NCBI RefSeq assembly: GCF_009914755.1
Contig: NC_060926.1
Reading direction: 5' to 3' (one strand)
DNA: 64,000 bases
From: the human T2T-CHM13v2.0 reference genome, Homo sapiens
Positions within the stretch are counted from its first letter, which is position 1. Every line of letters begins with the position of its first letter. The notes under the pieces were generated by a model. The model had not been told where the DNA came from. It did no database searches and was given only the letters and a program-made list of their open reading frames with translations. The translations under genes and the position numbers were made by a program. Below are positions 1 to 13,619 of the stretch, one piece after another.

Positions 1-121
1 CTAAATTTCGGTTCAAATGCTAAATTTGGAGAAGATGACTTCCCAACAGAGCAGGAGGTGGAGTTCTGTGTGCATTCCTAGATGGTTCAGGTTGGCCGCC
101 ATCATGCGTGGGTGCAGGCAT

Positions 122-180
122 CGTGTGTGTATGTGTGTGTACATACATACACGTGCATGCATGTGTGCAAGTGTGTGTGC
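122..180. repeat. Alternating purine-pyrimidine (TG/CA/TA) low-complexity tract
   Basis: cgtgtgtgtatgtgtgtgtacatacatacacgtgcatgcatgtgtgcaagtgtgtgtgc read directly. Confidence 0.85.
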
Positions 181-473
181 AGCAGGAGTGAGGTGGGGAG
201 GAAGTATTGAGCACACTGATGCTTTTTCTGTGCAGTGGCTGCTATCTGCTTCGCACCCTCATTCCTATGGCAGCTGAAAGTTTCCTATGGCCTAGAAAAG
301 GTAACACTACAACTCTGTCCATCAAAAATTGAACAAACCTGAATAGGAAATAGGATCCACTCTTATAAGGAAAGGGGAGGGGCTGTATTACAATGTCTGT
401 GCCTGCTGAACCCCCCGTGCGTCCTGCCACGGGTTTTCCTGTCTGAGAGAAAATGGAATAAAGAAAACCTTAA

Positions 474-805
<332 letters not shown>

Positions 806-2251
806 TTACTAGGCCTCTAGGAAGGGTTAAGTCGAAATAATTTGCTCCTGGTGTATCAGACAGCCCTATTTGGAAGCGCTCTGTGCTCCAAGAGCCTCTA
901 GCACCCCACCTGGGGCCTGGGCTGAGTGGGCTAAACTGCTGTTATGGTGGGCACAGGCTGGCTTCTCCAAGGACACCCTTCATGCTTCCTTGGTTATAAT
1001 GAACAGACACAGATAAAAAGGTGTGCACTTTCAAATACCTCGAGGGGGCTTTAGAAAAGTAGCTTCATTTGGGGATTAAATGGGGTCTCCTGAGTCCGAA
1101 TTCAAGCCAAGGCTCTCTCTTCACCAGCAATACGGACTCCTGAATAGAGTCTGCATCATTCTCTCTGCAGAATGCTCGGTGGATGTTTAGAGAAGTCACC
1201 TGACATCAAATTCTGCAAAAGAAGCTCCCCAAGGAAGCCAGTCTTTGGTTCTGCAGATAATATATCATGTGCTAAATCACTCAGGGAAATGTCACACAGT
1301 TGTTAGAATAAAGAAGGTTTAATTGCCAAATATTGGGCTTTAAAAACCAATCAAGTATAGAAGGTAACTTTAATTAGAGAGAAGAATCAGATAAACAGAG
1401 TGTAAAAAGCTCAGTGCTTGAACCGCCTATATCTCATTGTGCCTTCATTCTCCAAGGACATCGAGTAAAAACAGAGATTAGACCTCTGCTAGCCACTTTG
1501 GGACAATTATAGGCAAAGGGAACAAACGTATTACTTCACTGACACCAGGAAACTGTCTTACATTTATGGGGCTTTGGGACAAGATTCCTTGATCTTGGGA
1601 ATGCTGAGAACCAAATAACCAGCATCATTGTGGACCAAGCATCCCAGCCCCAAACACAGTGAGTATTGACTCTGGATCTCTACAGGTGCTCTCAAAAACG
1701 CAGACTGAAGATTATCAATCGACCTGCAGTCAATAGTGTCTACACACTGCATTCATCTTGAAAACAAAATTTTTGAGGGCCATTTTCAACTCAGGCTCTT
1801 CAGCAACCCTCAGGGTCTTGGTGCCTGCCTCATCTTCCGAGCACAGAGCCCTCCTGTCCATGGACCTGAGATTGCCAGGGGACAGAATGCTCACTTCCCT
1901 ATTTTGTCTCTAAGGGAGCCCATTTCCGGAAAGTGTGAAGGTGATAAATTCACCCAAGTGAGCTCATTGCCAAGCCCTGAAGACCCTCACCCACTGGAGC
2001 AGCTTTGAACTGCATGGCGTGGGCCTCCCACCTCTCTAGGGTATTTTTAGAACTGAGCATGGAACAAAACTGAACTTTTCAAACAGAAAGGAATGCAAAG
2101 TGCTTAGGGCTAGTTTTCAAAGGGCAAAGCTTATTTTAAAAGATTATTGATCGGGCCTAACTGCAACATGACAGGGTCAAATGGAGTCAGGAATGCACAG
2201 GAGGAATCCAGGTTGGGAGAGCTAAGCCCTGAACACCTTAGGGATATCTGA

Positions 2252-2270
2252 GCAGCGCCCTCCACTGAAC
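2252..2270 (-). promoter_or_regulatory. Candidate CTCF site
   Basis: Minus strand reads GTTCAGTGGAGGGCGCTGC, close to the CTCF core CCAGYAGRGGGCGC; motif only. Confidence 0.5.
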
Positions 2271-5200
2271 TTGACGGGCTACGTTAGCACAACCCATGGC
2301 GTTTCGGGGTAACAGATGCCACAGCAAAAAGCCCATGCTGGTTAAGGAAGATGATACTGGCGAGAGTGTCTCCAAATCTTTCTAGCATCTTTTCAGTTGA
2401 TGAAGCTCTGACTTTATCATTATATGGAAACCTAAGCTCTAATTTTTTAAGATCAGTTCCTCAGCTCTTCAGCAAAATGTTCTTTGATGACTTTCTAGAG
2501 GCCTAAGTGTAGTTTAAAGAAAAGGTCAGGTAGGAATGGATTAAAATATGCCAAGGCATTCAAACATCATCCTCAGAAAAGAAAGAACTACCCTGGGCTT
2601 CACTCTCCCCTTTCATTCATTCTGATAACAAGGATTTTCTGTGCACCTTCTATATGTCTGGAAGCTTCCAAGAATAAACAGAACAAAGATGATTCAGACA
2701 TTGCCCCCAGGGAGTTCAAGGGGTAGTGAGAGAGAAACTTACACACAAATATTTAAAAGACACCCACTTACTATCCAGACAGAGCATGAAGGCTGCTCAA
2801 CATCTGTCAGGGCTGTGGAGGCAGCAGCTTGTTCCAGAGAACACCATCTTTGTTTTCTATCCCACCCTCTACCTTGGCAGGGCGATTCCCTCAAAGAACT
2901 GTACCCCAGCCTTTAAGCTTTTACACAAATCTCTGTATTCCAGAGACCAATGGAAACCACTCTTCTGGGCTTCTCCCAGGCTTACTGATAGGTCTAGTGT
3001 GCCAGTTTCGCCATCCTCCTTGCATGGGCCTTGCATGTCACCAAAAGGCTCCCCACCTCCAGGAAGGAGAGAGAACATGCCTGCAATCACACAGCCAATG
3101 CAATAGGCACACTTTTTAAGAAACAGATCACCTGCAAAGTGACATCAAATCATTACAATGTGCGAAGCAAACAAAGAATCTGTCTCACCCACATAAAAAT
3201 GACACTGCATGCCTATGATGGGTGATGAACGGTACTGAGGTTTTTCTCATCTCCTAAACCTGTGTCTGAAAGGTTGTAAGCCATAAAGTAGTAGCTCATC
3301 ATTGAGTGCAACACACTCATACCTCCTGTTTTGCAAGAGAAAAAGCTGGGGGATCAGGAGAGAATTTCTCTAGCCAAATTCTCCATGGGCTGTCTTCTTT
3401 GTCTCCTGTCCTCTGCTAACCTGTCCTACGACACAAAATAAACCTTCTCACAGCTTTTGGGTGTATGAACTGCCCACAGGGAGTTTCCTCTAGACAGAAA
3501 GAACTGGGCCCACAGTGGTCGCCCCGACAGCCTGAGTGCAAGCTTCAAAAGCCCAGGAGTCAAGTTAGTGTCAAAAGAAAAACAAGTAGGGAAGTATAGC
3601 AGGATTGACAGTTGGAGATATTAACTGAGGTGCTTTTTATTCCATAGATTTCCCCTTATCTGCTTACCCTATCTCTTCCTCATGTCATTGCCTCAGGGGA
3701 GGGGGGACAATAATAGAAACACAAAAATGTTGTTTAATTCTAAGAGCTAAATTGCTTTGCAAGAGTCTTAAGTAAGAGATTTGGAACACAGCCCATCAAT
3801 CAGCCTTGCCTGCCCTGAGATTAGACAAGGATTCTCTGGAGTCAGGGAGCCAGAGGTGGATCAGAGAGAGGTAGGGTGAAGAGACCTGTGGGTTTATAAG
3901 GAGGACTGTGCCCTCTGGAGCCAGGCATGAGTTTCTTCATGGGACTCCATCCAACTTGCTGTCTATGGTCCCCAAGCTGGTCAGCCCACTGGTGGCCCCA
4001 GGATTCCTGCAGCCCTCACACTTCCAGGGGCTGCAGGAATAAAGCATTTTCTTCTTTGGTGCCCCGCACCCATTCACCACCATCACTAGCCCCTCGCGGC
4101 CTTCCCTCTCCTGTGCCTGGCCAGCGTTAACCCCGCCCCACTCCAGCAAGATCCCCTCTGGCGTCAGAACAGTTATGTACCTGTTGCCTTTCCCAGCCTT
4201 TGTCAGTCTTCCAGGAAGGGAGACCAATTCCCAGGGAATACCTTTAGGAGGCAGATTGAAAGCCAGGACCTAATTTCCCATCAGCCATCAAGCAGTAACC
4301 ATTTCGAGCAGTTAGGCTTTGAAGTGAGCCAGTGACCTACACAGAAGTGAAAAGCTTCAAATGCCATTATCATTCCCCAGAGCCAGCCTTCTGTGTGCCT
4401 CTGCCTCTCATCTCACCTTTCAAGAGTATAGACAAATGAGCCTTCTTGACATGTTTATGCCAGTTCCTCTTCCCCAGTCCTCATTCTCAGGCCCTTTTGC
4501 AGAATGCCCTCTGACCATATTCTAGAAGGATGTCCTGTTGTGTGAGCCATTTTGCTGTTCATGAACATTACTCAAAACATCTTTCTTTAACATAACTCCT
4601 GCCTGCGATGGTAGCAGTGTTGTGTTCTGTTTCTAGGCTGTTCAAAGAAATCTGAGCCAGTGCAAGGCGTTTGTCATTCCTCAAGGGCAGTGACTTAAAG
4701 ACAACTGGTTACATTACGGGCTCTTCGCTTTTTCCTACTTTTGTCTCTGGGATGTGTTTTTCTCTCATCTACATCATAATCAATAGTTCTTCCCCCCTTT
4801 GTGATGGATCATATCAGTCACAACTATGCTAAATTGTCACCTGACATTTAGCTTCGATGCTATTCTCTTGGATGGAACACAGTTTTCTCTCTTTTCAAAT
4901 GCCTGGAATACTGAAAGGGCCTAGGCAACAATGTTCAATTATGTGTCAAGTCACAGTTTTGCTGTAGGACCAAGAAAAGAGAACACATCCACAGGTGGCT
5001 CCCAACTCACTACAGACCCATAAAGAGCAAACTCAGTAAGTGTCAACCTGTCTCCTAACAAAAGCCCATTTATTATTGAGAAATCAGACACATAAAAATT
5101 AGATCAAAGACCCACAACTGCCCATTCATGATGTACTATCCATGCTGAGTGACTGTAAATTTTTTTGATTGCAAGAAAAAAATTAAAAATATCCTCAGTC

Positions 5201-5649
5201 CAGTCCAACAATAAGAGAATTTTGTGAGAAATCTCTACTGAGTTTTGCTGTCCCAGGAGAGGAGTTGGTTTAGCTGTTTTATCAAAAAGCTTTGAAATAT
5301 AAAGTGCTCCCGAGGAGTTCGAAAGGACACAGGAAAAACACTACCCTTTAGGGAGACAAAGAACTGTAACATCCCTGTCCTCACTGGGTTCCCTGGGGAT
5401 AGAGGACCCTCCCTCCCACGGTCACCCCCAGGGACAAAGTGTTGTTACGGAGCAGGTGGCCTGAGCACCCATCCCAGTCCTCCAGGATTCCACCAAGTGG
5501 CAGTCGTGTGTAAGATGTTAATTTCCCTGGGCATCAGTTGTCTCATCTCACACATAGGAGCTAGAACTGAGAAACTCCAAGGGCTACTTCAGCTTTGAAA
5601 TGTTGTAATTCTTATATAGAAGAAAGAACAGGAATGCCATGATATTAGA

Positions 5650-5745
5650 TATGAGAGAGCGAGACAACGAGAGAGCGAGACAGAGACAGAGAGAGAGAGA
5701 AAAAAGAGGGAGACAGAAGAAGAAAGAAAGAAATGAGGGAGCAAG
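5650..5745. repeat. GA-rich low-complexity tract
   Basis: gagagagcgagac...gagagagaga...aagaaagaaag. Confidence 0.75.
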
Positions 5746-5929
5746 GAGATAGAACTAAGAAAATGTCTTTAGGAAACCACAAGAGAAGTATAACAGAAAA
5801 TGAAAGTGTAGACAAAGTAGACAACAAGACAAAGATGGGATGAAAGGAACTTTAGTGCTAATAAACATGAATGACGAGAGTTTCTCTTTATCTAGCACCT
5901 ATCATGCTGCATATACATTTTCTATAATA

Positions 5930-6415
5930 TTCACAGTTTTCTGAGGCTGGTAGGAACACATCTGTCTCATAGGTGAAGAAATTGAGGTTGAGTGGAGTTA
6001 AAGAACTGGTCCAGGCTGGGCACAGTGGCTCACGCCTGTAATCCCAGCACTTTGGAAGGCTGAGGCGGGCAGATCACTTGAGGTCAGGAGTTCAAGACCA
6101 GCCTGGCCAATGTGGCAAAACCCTGTCTCTACTAAAAGTACAAAAATTAGCCAGGTGTGGTGGCAGGCACCTGTAATCCCAGCTACTTGGGAGACTGAGC
6201 AGAAGAATCGCTTGAACCCAGGAGGCAGAGGTTGCAGTGAACCGAGATCATACCATTGCATTCCAGGCTGGGTGACAGAGCAAGACCTCCGTCTCAACAA
6301 CAACAACAACAAAAACAACAACAACAACAACAACAACAAAGAACTGATCCAAGTTCAGACTGCTAATTATTTGAAGCTATGATTGAACCCAGGAATCCAA
6401 CCTAGCCTTTGCACT
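5930..6415 (-). mobile_element. MIR fragment split by the Alu at 6014-6337
   Basis: aggtgaagaaattgaggttgagtggagttaaagaact before the Alu resumes as ...ccaagttcagactgctaa...gattgaacccagg after it (reverse MIR core). Confidence 0.55.
6014..6337 (+). mobile_element. AluS (Sz/Sx-like) with (CAA)n tail
   Basis: Dimeric Alu with GATCACTTGAGGTCAGGAGTTC; tail converted to (CAA)n; TSD aaagaactg(g/a)tcca at 6000-6013 and 6338-6351. Confidence 0.95.
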
Positions 6416-7513
6416 ATGTTATTACGTTATAGTGCCTCCTAAACCATTCTCCCTGTTGTTTAGCAAGAGATGCAGTGCTCTCTTCTGCTTTAGTTTATAA
6501 AGCATGGCTCAACTAGAAGACCTACGAGAAATCCACAGAGGCAGTATCTCCTTCCACCAGCAGTTTTGAATGTGCCTCTGACACAGAAGGGGAGGATCAA
6601 GTCGAGCTGCCCTGAACCACTGACAAGAAGTATCCCTTTTCAGGATGGATCCTGCTGTGGGGGACAGCATAGCAAAAAGAGGGACAAGTACTGGCTTAGA
6701 CATCCGGAGAGCTGGGCCTACACTCTGGCCACAGATTTCTCACAGGACTCTGCCCTCTCTCCCCTACCTGCCTCTAAGCACTGCTGATATCCTGGTGCAC
6801 GTAAGCTCATGGGTACAAGGAGTTAGACACAAGCAGAGGACAGTTCTGTCCCAGGCACTTCCTGGTATATATGAGGGGAGTGGGGAGGTGGGAGCCATTT
6901 CAGCAGAACATACCGATATCCTGCAAACAGCAGGCACACAGTTGTTGCTTCAGGAAAACCAGACTCAGCTTTAAGAAAATTGGCGATAAAAACACAAAAT
7001 TACCTTTCAGAAGAAACAAACTGGAATGTGAGTGAGATTGCTGAAGTCTTTTTCATTTTGCCCAAGACTCAAGCCTACCTTCTGTTAAATAGAAAGCTCC
7101 CAAATACATCTGAAAGATGATTCGATTTACAAAAGTTCCATTTGTCCACAACCTTTCACACAACCTTGCATTAACAGAGGTGAGTTACATGGGCATAAGT
7201 CCATGTGACTTGCAAAAATGCGTAAAACAAGAAGCAAAGCATACAAATGTGTGCAGGCTGCAAGGCTGAGACCAAGAAAGAAAGTAGATGGGGTTGAAAA
7301 TGAATCCTGCAGTGGGAAAATTAATTTAGTATAAGCCCCAAAGCCACAGACCACTACCACACTACTGACCCTCACCACCCCCCACCCCCGGCCTCCCGTC
7401 AGCAAACTCTCTGTGACTTCTGACTGCTCCCCTATCTTTCATTCCCTTGGTATCAGGAAGCACAGGAGAGATTCAGGGGGAATATCATTTACATAGGGGG
7501 AAATGTTTTTGAG

Positions 7514-7516
<3 letters not shown>

Positions 7517-7547
<31 letters not shown>
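7517..7547. repeat. (CA)n microsatellite
   Basis: About 15 CA units. Confidence 0.95.
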
Positions 7548-7548
<1 letters not shown>

Positions 7549-8365
7549 TACCCTCTCTGCAAGGTTGGAACTAAATATCTTTCTTATTCACTGTTCCTGG
7601 ATAAAGTGGCTTTAAAAAGTTTTCGCCATTGTCATTTCCATTTTCGCCTTCACTCAGGCACACAATGAAGAAAAAACGAGACTAAGGATGATTGACGTTC
7701 CCCTTTTAATGACGAATGCTACCGATTTTCACGTCCCTTGGAGTTTTCTTGTATTCATTTTCTTTGCCTAGGTTAGTTTTTTTCTTCCTTTTCCCATCCA
7801 GTCTTTTCGTTTCTTTCCCTTATATTATCTGAAATGTCTATAGAACCCGAGAAGGATAGGAGATCCTCCCATAGCCCTAACCAGCACTCATCAGCCAACA
7901 TGAGTGGCACTCTCTAACTATATGAAAATGGAAACCATCTTATTCCACTTAACTAAAGCCTCTGCACAGCCATCAGGGATTCTTTTCAGAGGACAATGCA
8001 AAGGCCAGCAAGTTGCACTTGAACAAATAACTTCTCCTAGAAAGGAAATGGCATCCGCAGCAATCAATGTTATACCTAGATGTGTGTTAAGAGCGACGGT
8101 GCTGGAGGGCTTCCAGGAGTTGTGTAGAGATCACCACGTGGCCACTCCCTCAGTAAACATTTATAAAGCACCAATTGTGTACTGTGCTGGGTGAGGCAAG
8201 GAAAAGGTGAATAATGTAGTCCCCGACTGTAGGAGGTCAGAGTCTCAGTTGTGGGAGCCCAAAGTCCAGGTGGAAAATAAATGCTAATGAAAAGTTCCCT
8301 TGTATTCACTCTGCTTATTGAGTTTACATAGACAAATGTTCTGAGGATTTCCCTGGGAGTTTTTT

Positions 8366-8682
8366 TTGTTTGTTTGTTTTGTTTGTTTGTTTGTTTTGAG
8401 ATGGAGTGTTGCTCTGTAGCCCAGGCTGGAGTGCAACAGCACAATCTTGACTCATTGCAACCTCTACCTACCTCCTAGGTTCAAGCGATTCTCCTGCCTC
8501 AGCCTCCCGAGTAGCTGGGACTATAGGCAACCACCACCACGCCTGGCTAATTTTTTGTATTTTTAGTAAAGACAGGGTTTCACCATGTTAGCCAGGATGG
8601 TCTCGATCTCCTGACCTCGTGATCTGCCCGCCTTGGCCTCCCAAAGTGCTGGGATTACAGGCATGAGCCACCATGCCCGGCC
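8366..8682 (-). mobile_element. AluSc-like SINE, antisense, (TTTG)n tail
   Basis: Reverse Alu ending ...gagccaccatgcccggcc; TSD ttccctgggagtttttt at 8349-8365 and 8683-8699. Confidence 0.95.
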
Positions 8683-8839
8683 TTCCCTGGGAGTTTTTTG
8701 AAAGGGAATGGAAGCCCCCTCAACAGAAAGAAGCCTCTTGAAGTCCAATTTCATACATGTTTCACATCAGGTTCGATCTAACCCAAGCAAATACCATTTT
8801 TAGGCAAGGCACATTAGCACTGCAATAATCTATCTAGTG

Positions 8840-9400
8840 ATTGTTCATCTAGAATACATGTACTTACTATGTCCGAGACACAGTGCTGGGTGCTGGGTAG
8901 GGGATACAAAGATGAATTAATTAGGGCTTTATTCCTTAAGCTACTTAATGTTTTTCTATGACTGAGCCAAAAGTCACAAAGGGCAATCCAAGGCCAGTGT
9001 TTATTAATTTGCAGTTAAATGTATACACTGGCACCAAAGCACTTACTGGACTCATACTACACACATCATGTATGTGAAGATAAACAATGCACAGGCTTTT
9101 CCTTGGAGCTCACAGCAATATGACAAGCGGTCCATGGGACGTATGCATAGGGAAAGAGAGTAGCCCAGGAAGGCTTTACAAGGGAGCTGATACATTCGTG
9201 GGTCAGATTTTAGAAAATGAGTCAGAGTTAGCCAGGAAGAGAATGAGAAAAAGACAGTCTGTAGAGAGGAAGCAGTAAGTATGCAGATAAGAGGCTGTAA
9301 GACAGTAGGGTGGGTTAAGTAAGGGAGAATATTTAAGTGGTCCTCCAAGGAAGAAGAAGAAATGATGCTGAAAATGTGGGTGGGACCAAATGACCTACAT
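8840..9400 (-). mobile_element. L2 fragments
   Basis: tacttactatgtccgagacacagtgctgggtgctggg...gatacaaagatgaa resembles a reverse L2 3' end; boundaries approximate. Confidence 0.5.
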
Positions 9401-10601
9401 CCCAACCAAATGTCCCAACCAAAGAAGAATGGAATCAAAATCACCAATAATCTTTGGTATTCTTCTGTGAACATGAATTCCATTCAAGTGAGATTAGAAC
9501 CTACACCTTAATTCAAAGTGTTAGTATATGGAAATATTGGTTAGGTGTGGCACATAGACATAGTCATGGAAATGAAAACACATCATCATTTGCAGCAGAC
9601 ACCAGGGATTTGTATAAAGGCAAAAAAAAGTTTCTTGAAACAAGCAGTGATCACAATTGCTAAGAGATGTACCTCACAGCCTCTGTCTGCTCTTTAGCCT
9701 ATGACCTGTCTATAAGGACAACAAACGAACTTGTCTTAGCTTATCCAGCCATCTGGCTGTAGTACAGCTGGTTAGATTAAGGAGCATAGTGATAACTCGC
9801 TGAGTGCTTCGTGAGGTGGGTCGAGGCCTGGCCACATAGCCACAGCACCTGTCATGACAGGAAGGGCTACAATGTCACGGGAGGCAGGCAGTGAGGGATA
9901 TTCCAGTGGACAGATTAACATGACATTCCTTGTCAGAGAAGGAACGAGTGTCTAGCTGCCAAAACCAGAGAGGTCTAGACAGATCCCAACAGCCTGCCGT
10001 GGAGACCAGGAGCAACAGTTGCTTTCTTTCCCTTTCCATTTCTGTTGCTTGCACGATGGACTCCCGGGTCTGGGAGAAATTAGAAGTTATATAGGGACTT
10101 GGGTATTCATGAGAAAGCGAAAGGGAGGGAACTAGACAAGGACCCAGCTCTTGAACAAGGGATTAGGAAAGGTTCACAGGCAACCGATGCAGACTGAATT
10201 TCTGGGAACATAGCAAAGAGTCTCAAAGAACCTCAGTAAGACTAACTGACTGTCATAATAGAACAGAAAGGGACAGGAAGAGCTTCTGCAGCTGTAGGAC
10301 AGGTAATCCCAGATTCCAGGGTCAAAGGACTTCAGCTTTACAACCTGGAGGGCTAAGGAACAAGAGCCAAGGGACCCATTATAGCTGAACCTCAAATACA
10401 GCCTAAGAAGTAACCTTGTTTTCTTATTCAGACAGAGCTTTATGGTTTTTGTTTCCAGTTCTCTAACCAATGTCACTTTCTATATTGACACTTCTTTCTG
10501 AAGGTAAAAGAGTTAGTAGACTGGTTGTTTCTTCCTTCCACCACCAACTTTAGCTAAGTTTTGCAAACGGCCGAGTCTAAAAACATGCTGCATCCTGGTA
10601 C

Positions 10602-10603
<2 letters not shown>

Positions 10604-10654
<51 letters not shown>
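10604..10654. repeat. (TG)n microsatellite
   Basis: About 25 TG units. Confidence 0.97.
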
Positions 10655-10655
<1 letters not shown>

Positions 10656-11299
10656 TGTATGCACATGCCTATGCGTGGCTGCCTGGGTCTGAGTCTAGGT
10701 CATTGCAATATCCCAAGGCAATATGAACACCATAATTACTACCATTTATTGAGCACCTCCTATGGGCACTGTGATGAACTCTTGAATCTCTAATGCTTGT
10801 AATGCTAGAGGATATCATTTCATTTATTTTTTTACAGAGCAAATGCTGAGAATCTCCAGTGCTCCCTAGCACTGAGCTTATGATGGAAAATAAATATCAT
10901 CACACCTCCTTGTAAAAGGCAAGGTCTAGAAGAGTAATGACCACACTTAGCCAACCAGGCAGGCTATTCTATCCGGAATGGCTGAATCAGCCAACCAACC
11001 AATTTGACTGATTCTGTCCAGTGAACTGACCAGTTGATTGACTGGCTTGGCAGAGTCACACAGTTACTTCTGCACCATGTTGCCACAGCTTTACAATGTG
11101 CCTGTGCTGGTGAAATGAAGTGAAAAGCCAAGGAATTACCCCGATTATTTCCTGTATGAAAGATGCCAGCCTGGATTAAAACCTCAAGAACTTCTGTCAT
11201 AAACCAAACTGTATGGTGGAGAATGACAAAGTGAAGCCATGGGCAGACCCCTAGACTGGGGTGAATGAATGGGGCTTCTCCTGGGTCTGCTGTTGTCCA

Positions 11300-11462
11300 G
11301 CTAAATCTCAACCATGATTATTCATTAGAATCACCTAAGGAGCGTTTAAAATCATTGATGTGGGGAGGTCCCAGAGACTGCGATTACATTGATCTGGAGT
11401 GGAACCTGGATAATATTATTTTTAAGCTTCCCAGGTGATTAACATTTGGCCGTGGAGAACCT
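11300..11462. mobile_element. MER5-type hAT-Charlie DNA element
   Basis: cattagaatcacctaaggagc...ttttaagcttcccaggtgatt...gagaacc. Confidence 0.7.
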
Positions 11463-12031
11463 TGGAGTTTAGTAGCATGGCCCCTCCAGGCCTCAGTTTC
11501 CTGTTTATTTGTTGAGGATGTCAGACCAGGTAATATCCAGGGCCCTGTAAAGTTCTAAGATTTTATGTTCATCCTGATCCCATCCCCAGCTGGCAGGCAG
11601 CTCTGAAGACACCACTTTCTCTTTGCATAATTCAATTCCCGAATGCCGTCAAGATGGCCGACCTACCACAGAGGGTAGGCATGCGGGTTAATGAGATCAC
11701 ATTTGCAAAGTGTTTGGGGCTCTAGGGAAGAAATCTCTAATGTATGCAGCTAAAGCATGATTACAGCAATGTTAATGTCATTTTTTTTTAAGAAGAGTAA
11801 ACCACAGTTCACAACCCTGCATCTGCCGTAATTAGACTATCTTGTCAGGATGGAGGGTGGCGGAGTGGAAAGTAGATTAAAGCAGGGCTGCTCATGTTAA
11901 GACCAGATGCCAGGTTAAGCCTCCAAGAGCCATGTCTATGCAATCACAAGTGACATAGACTGGGCTTGAAAAAATGTTAATCTATGCAAAATCCTCTTGT
12001 TCTCAGTATACACCAGAAGATTCCTTCATGA

Positions 12032-12720
<689 letters not shown>

Positions 12721-12767
12721 CCTATCTCTGTACCATATGTAATTGATGTTGTCAGACAATATTTCCA

Positions 12768-13242
12768 CACATGCACACATATGTTTATTGCAGCACTTTT
12801 CACAATAGCAAAGACTTGGAACCAACCCAAATGCCCATCAATGATAGACTGGATAAAGAAAATGTGGCACGTATACACCATGGAATACTATGCAGCCATA
12901 AAAAAGGATGAGTTCATGTCCTTTGCAGGGACATGGATGAAGCTGGAAACCATCATTCTCAGCAAACTACACAAGAACAGAAAACCAAACACTGCATGTT
13001 CTCACTCATAAGTGGGAATTGATCAATGAGAACACATGGACACAGGGAGGGGAACATCACACACCAGGGCCTGTCGAGGGGTGGTGGGTAGGGGAGAGAT
13101 AGCATTAGGATAAATACCTAATGTAGATGACGAGTTGATGGGTGCAGCAAACCACCATGGCATGTGTATACCTATGTAACAAACCTGCACATTCTGCACA
13201 TGTATCCCAGAACTTAAAGTATAATTAAAAATATATATATAT
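12768..13242 (+). mobile_element. 5'-truncated L1PA (PA7/PA8-like) 3' end
   Basis: ORF2 C-terminal remnant MFIAALFTIAKTWNQPKCPSMIDWIKKMW, L1 3'UTR and tail; TSD atatttcca at 12759-12767 and 13243-13251. Confidence 0.93.
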
Positions 13243-13619
13243 ATATTTCCAAACAATAGTCACCACTGCCCAGATGATACTGAAGGCCTCTGGTAGACCA
13301 GATCTCTTGTTTTTCATGACGCTTTTGTAATCTCATTCATTCATCCATCCATTTATTTATTGACTTACTTTCAACTAGTTTATATGGTTTGTGCAATATA
13401 GACCAAAAGACAGTCTTTGTCATTCATCATCAATTAATAATTATAATTTGAGGGAATTTGAAACATTGCATTTCAGGATTTTCTCTAAACAATCGGGTGA
13501 TTCAGATGCACTAAGTTATCTGAAAATGAGTATTTTGTGTTTTCCATAGATGTTTAGGAATCAGCAATTCTGATCATAACATGAGCTTATGAAATAAGAG
13601 TTGTAACCTTGAAGTGTCC

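Noticed and set aside
4165-4182. Steroid response element AGAACA-gtta-TGTACC
   Set aside because: The spacer is 4 nt; GR/AR/PR dimers need 3.
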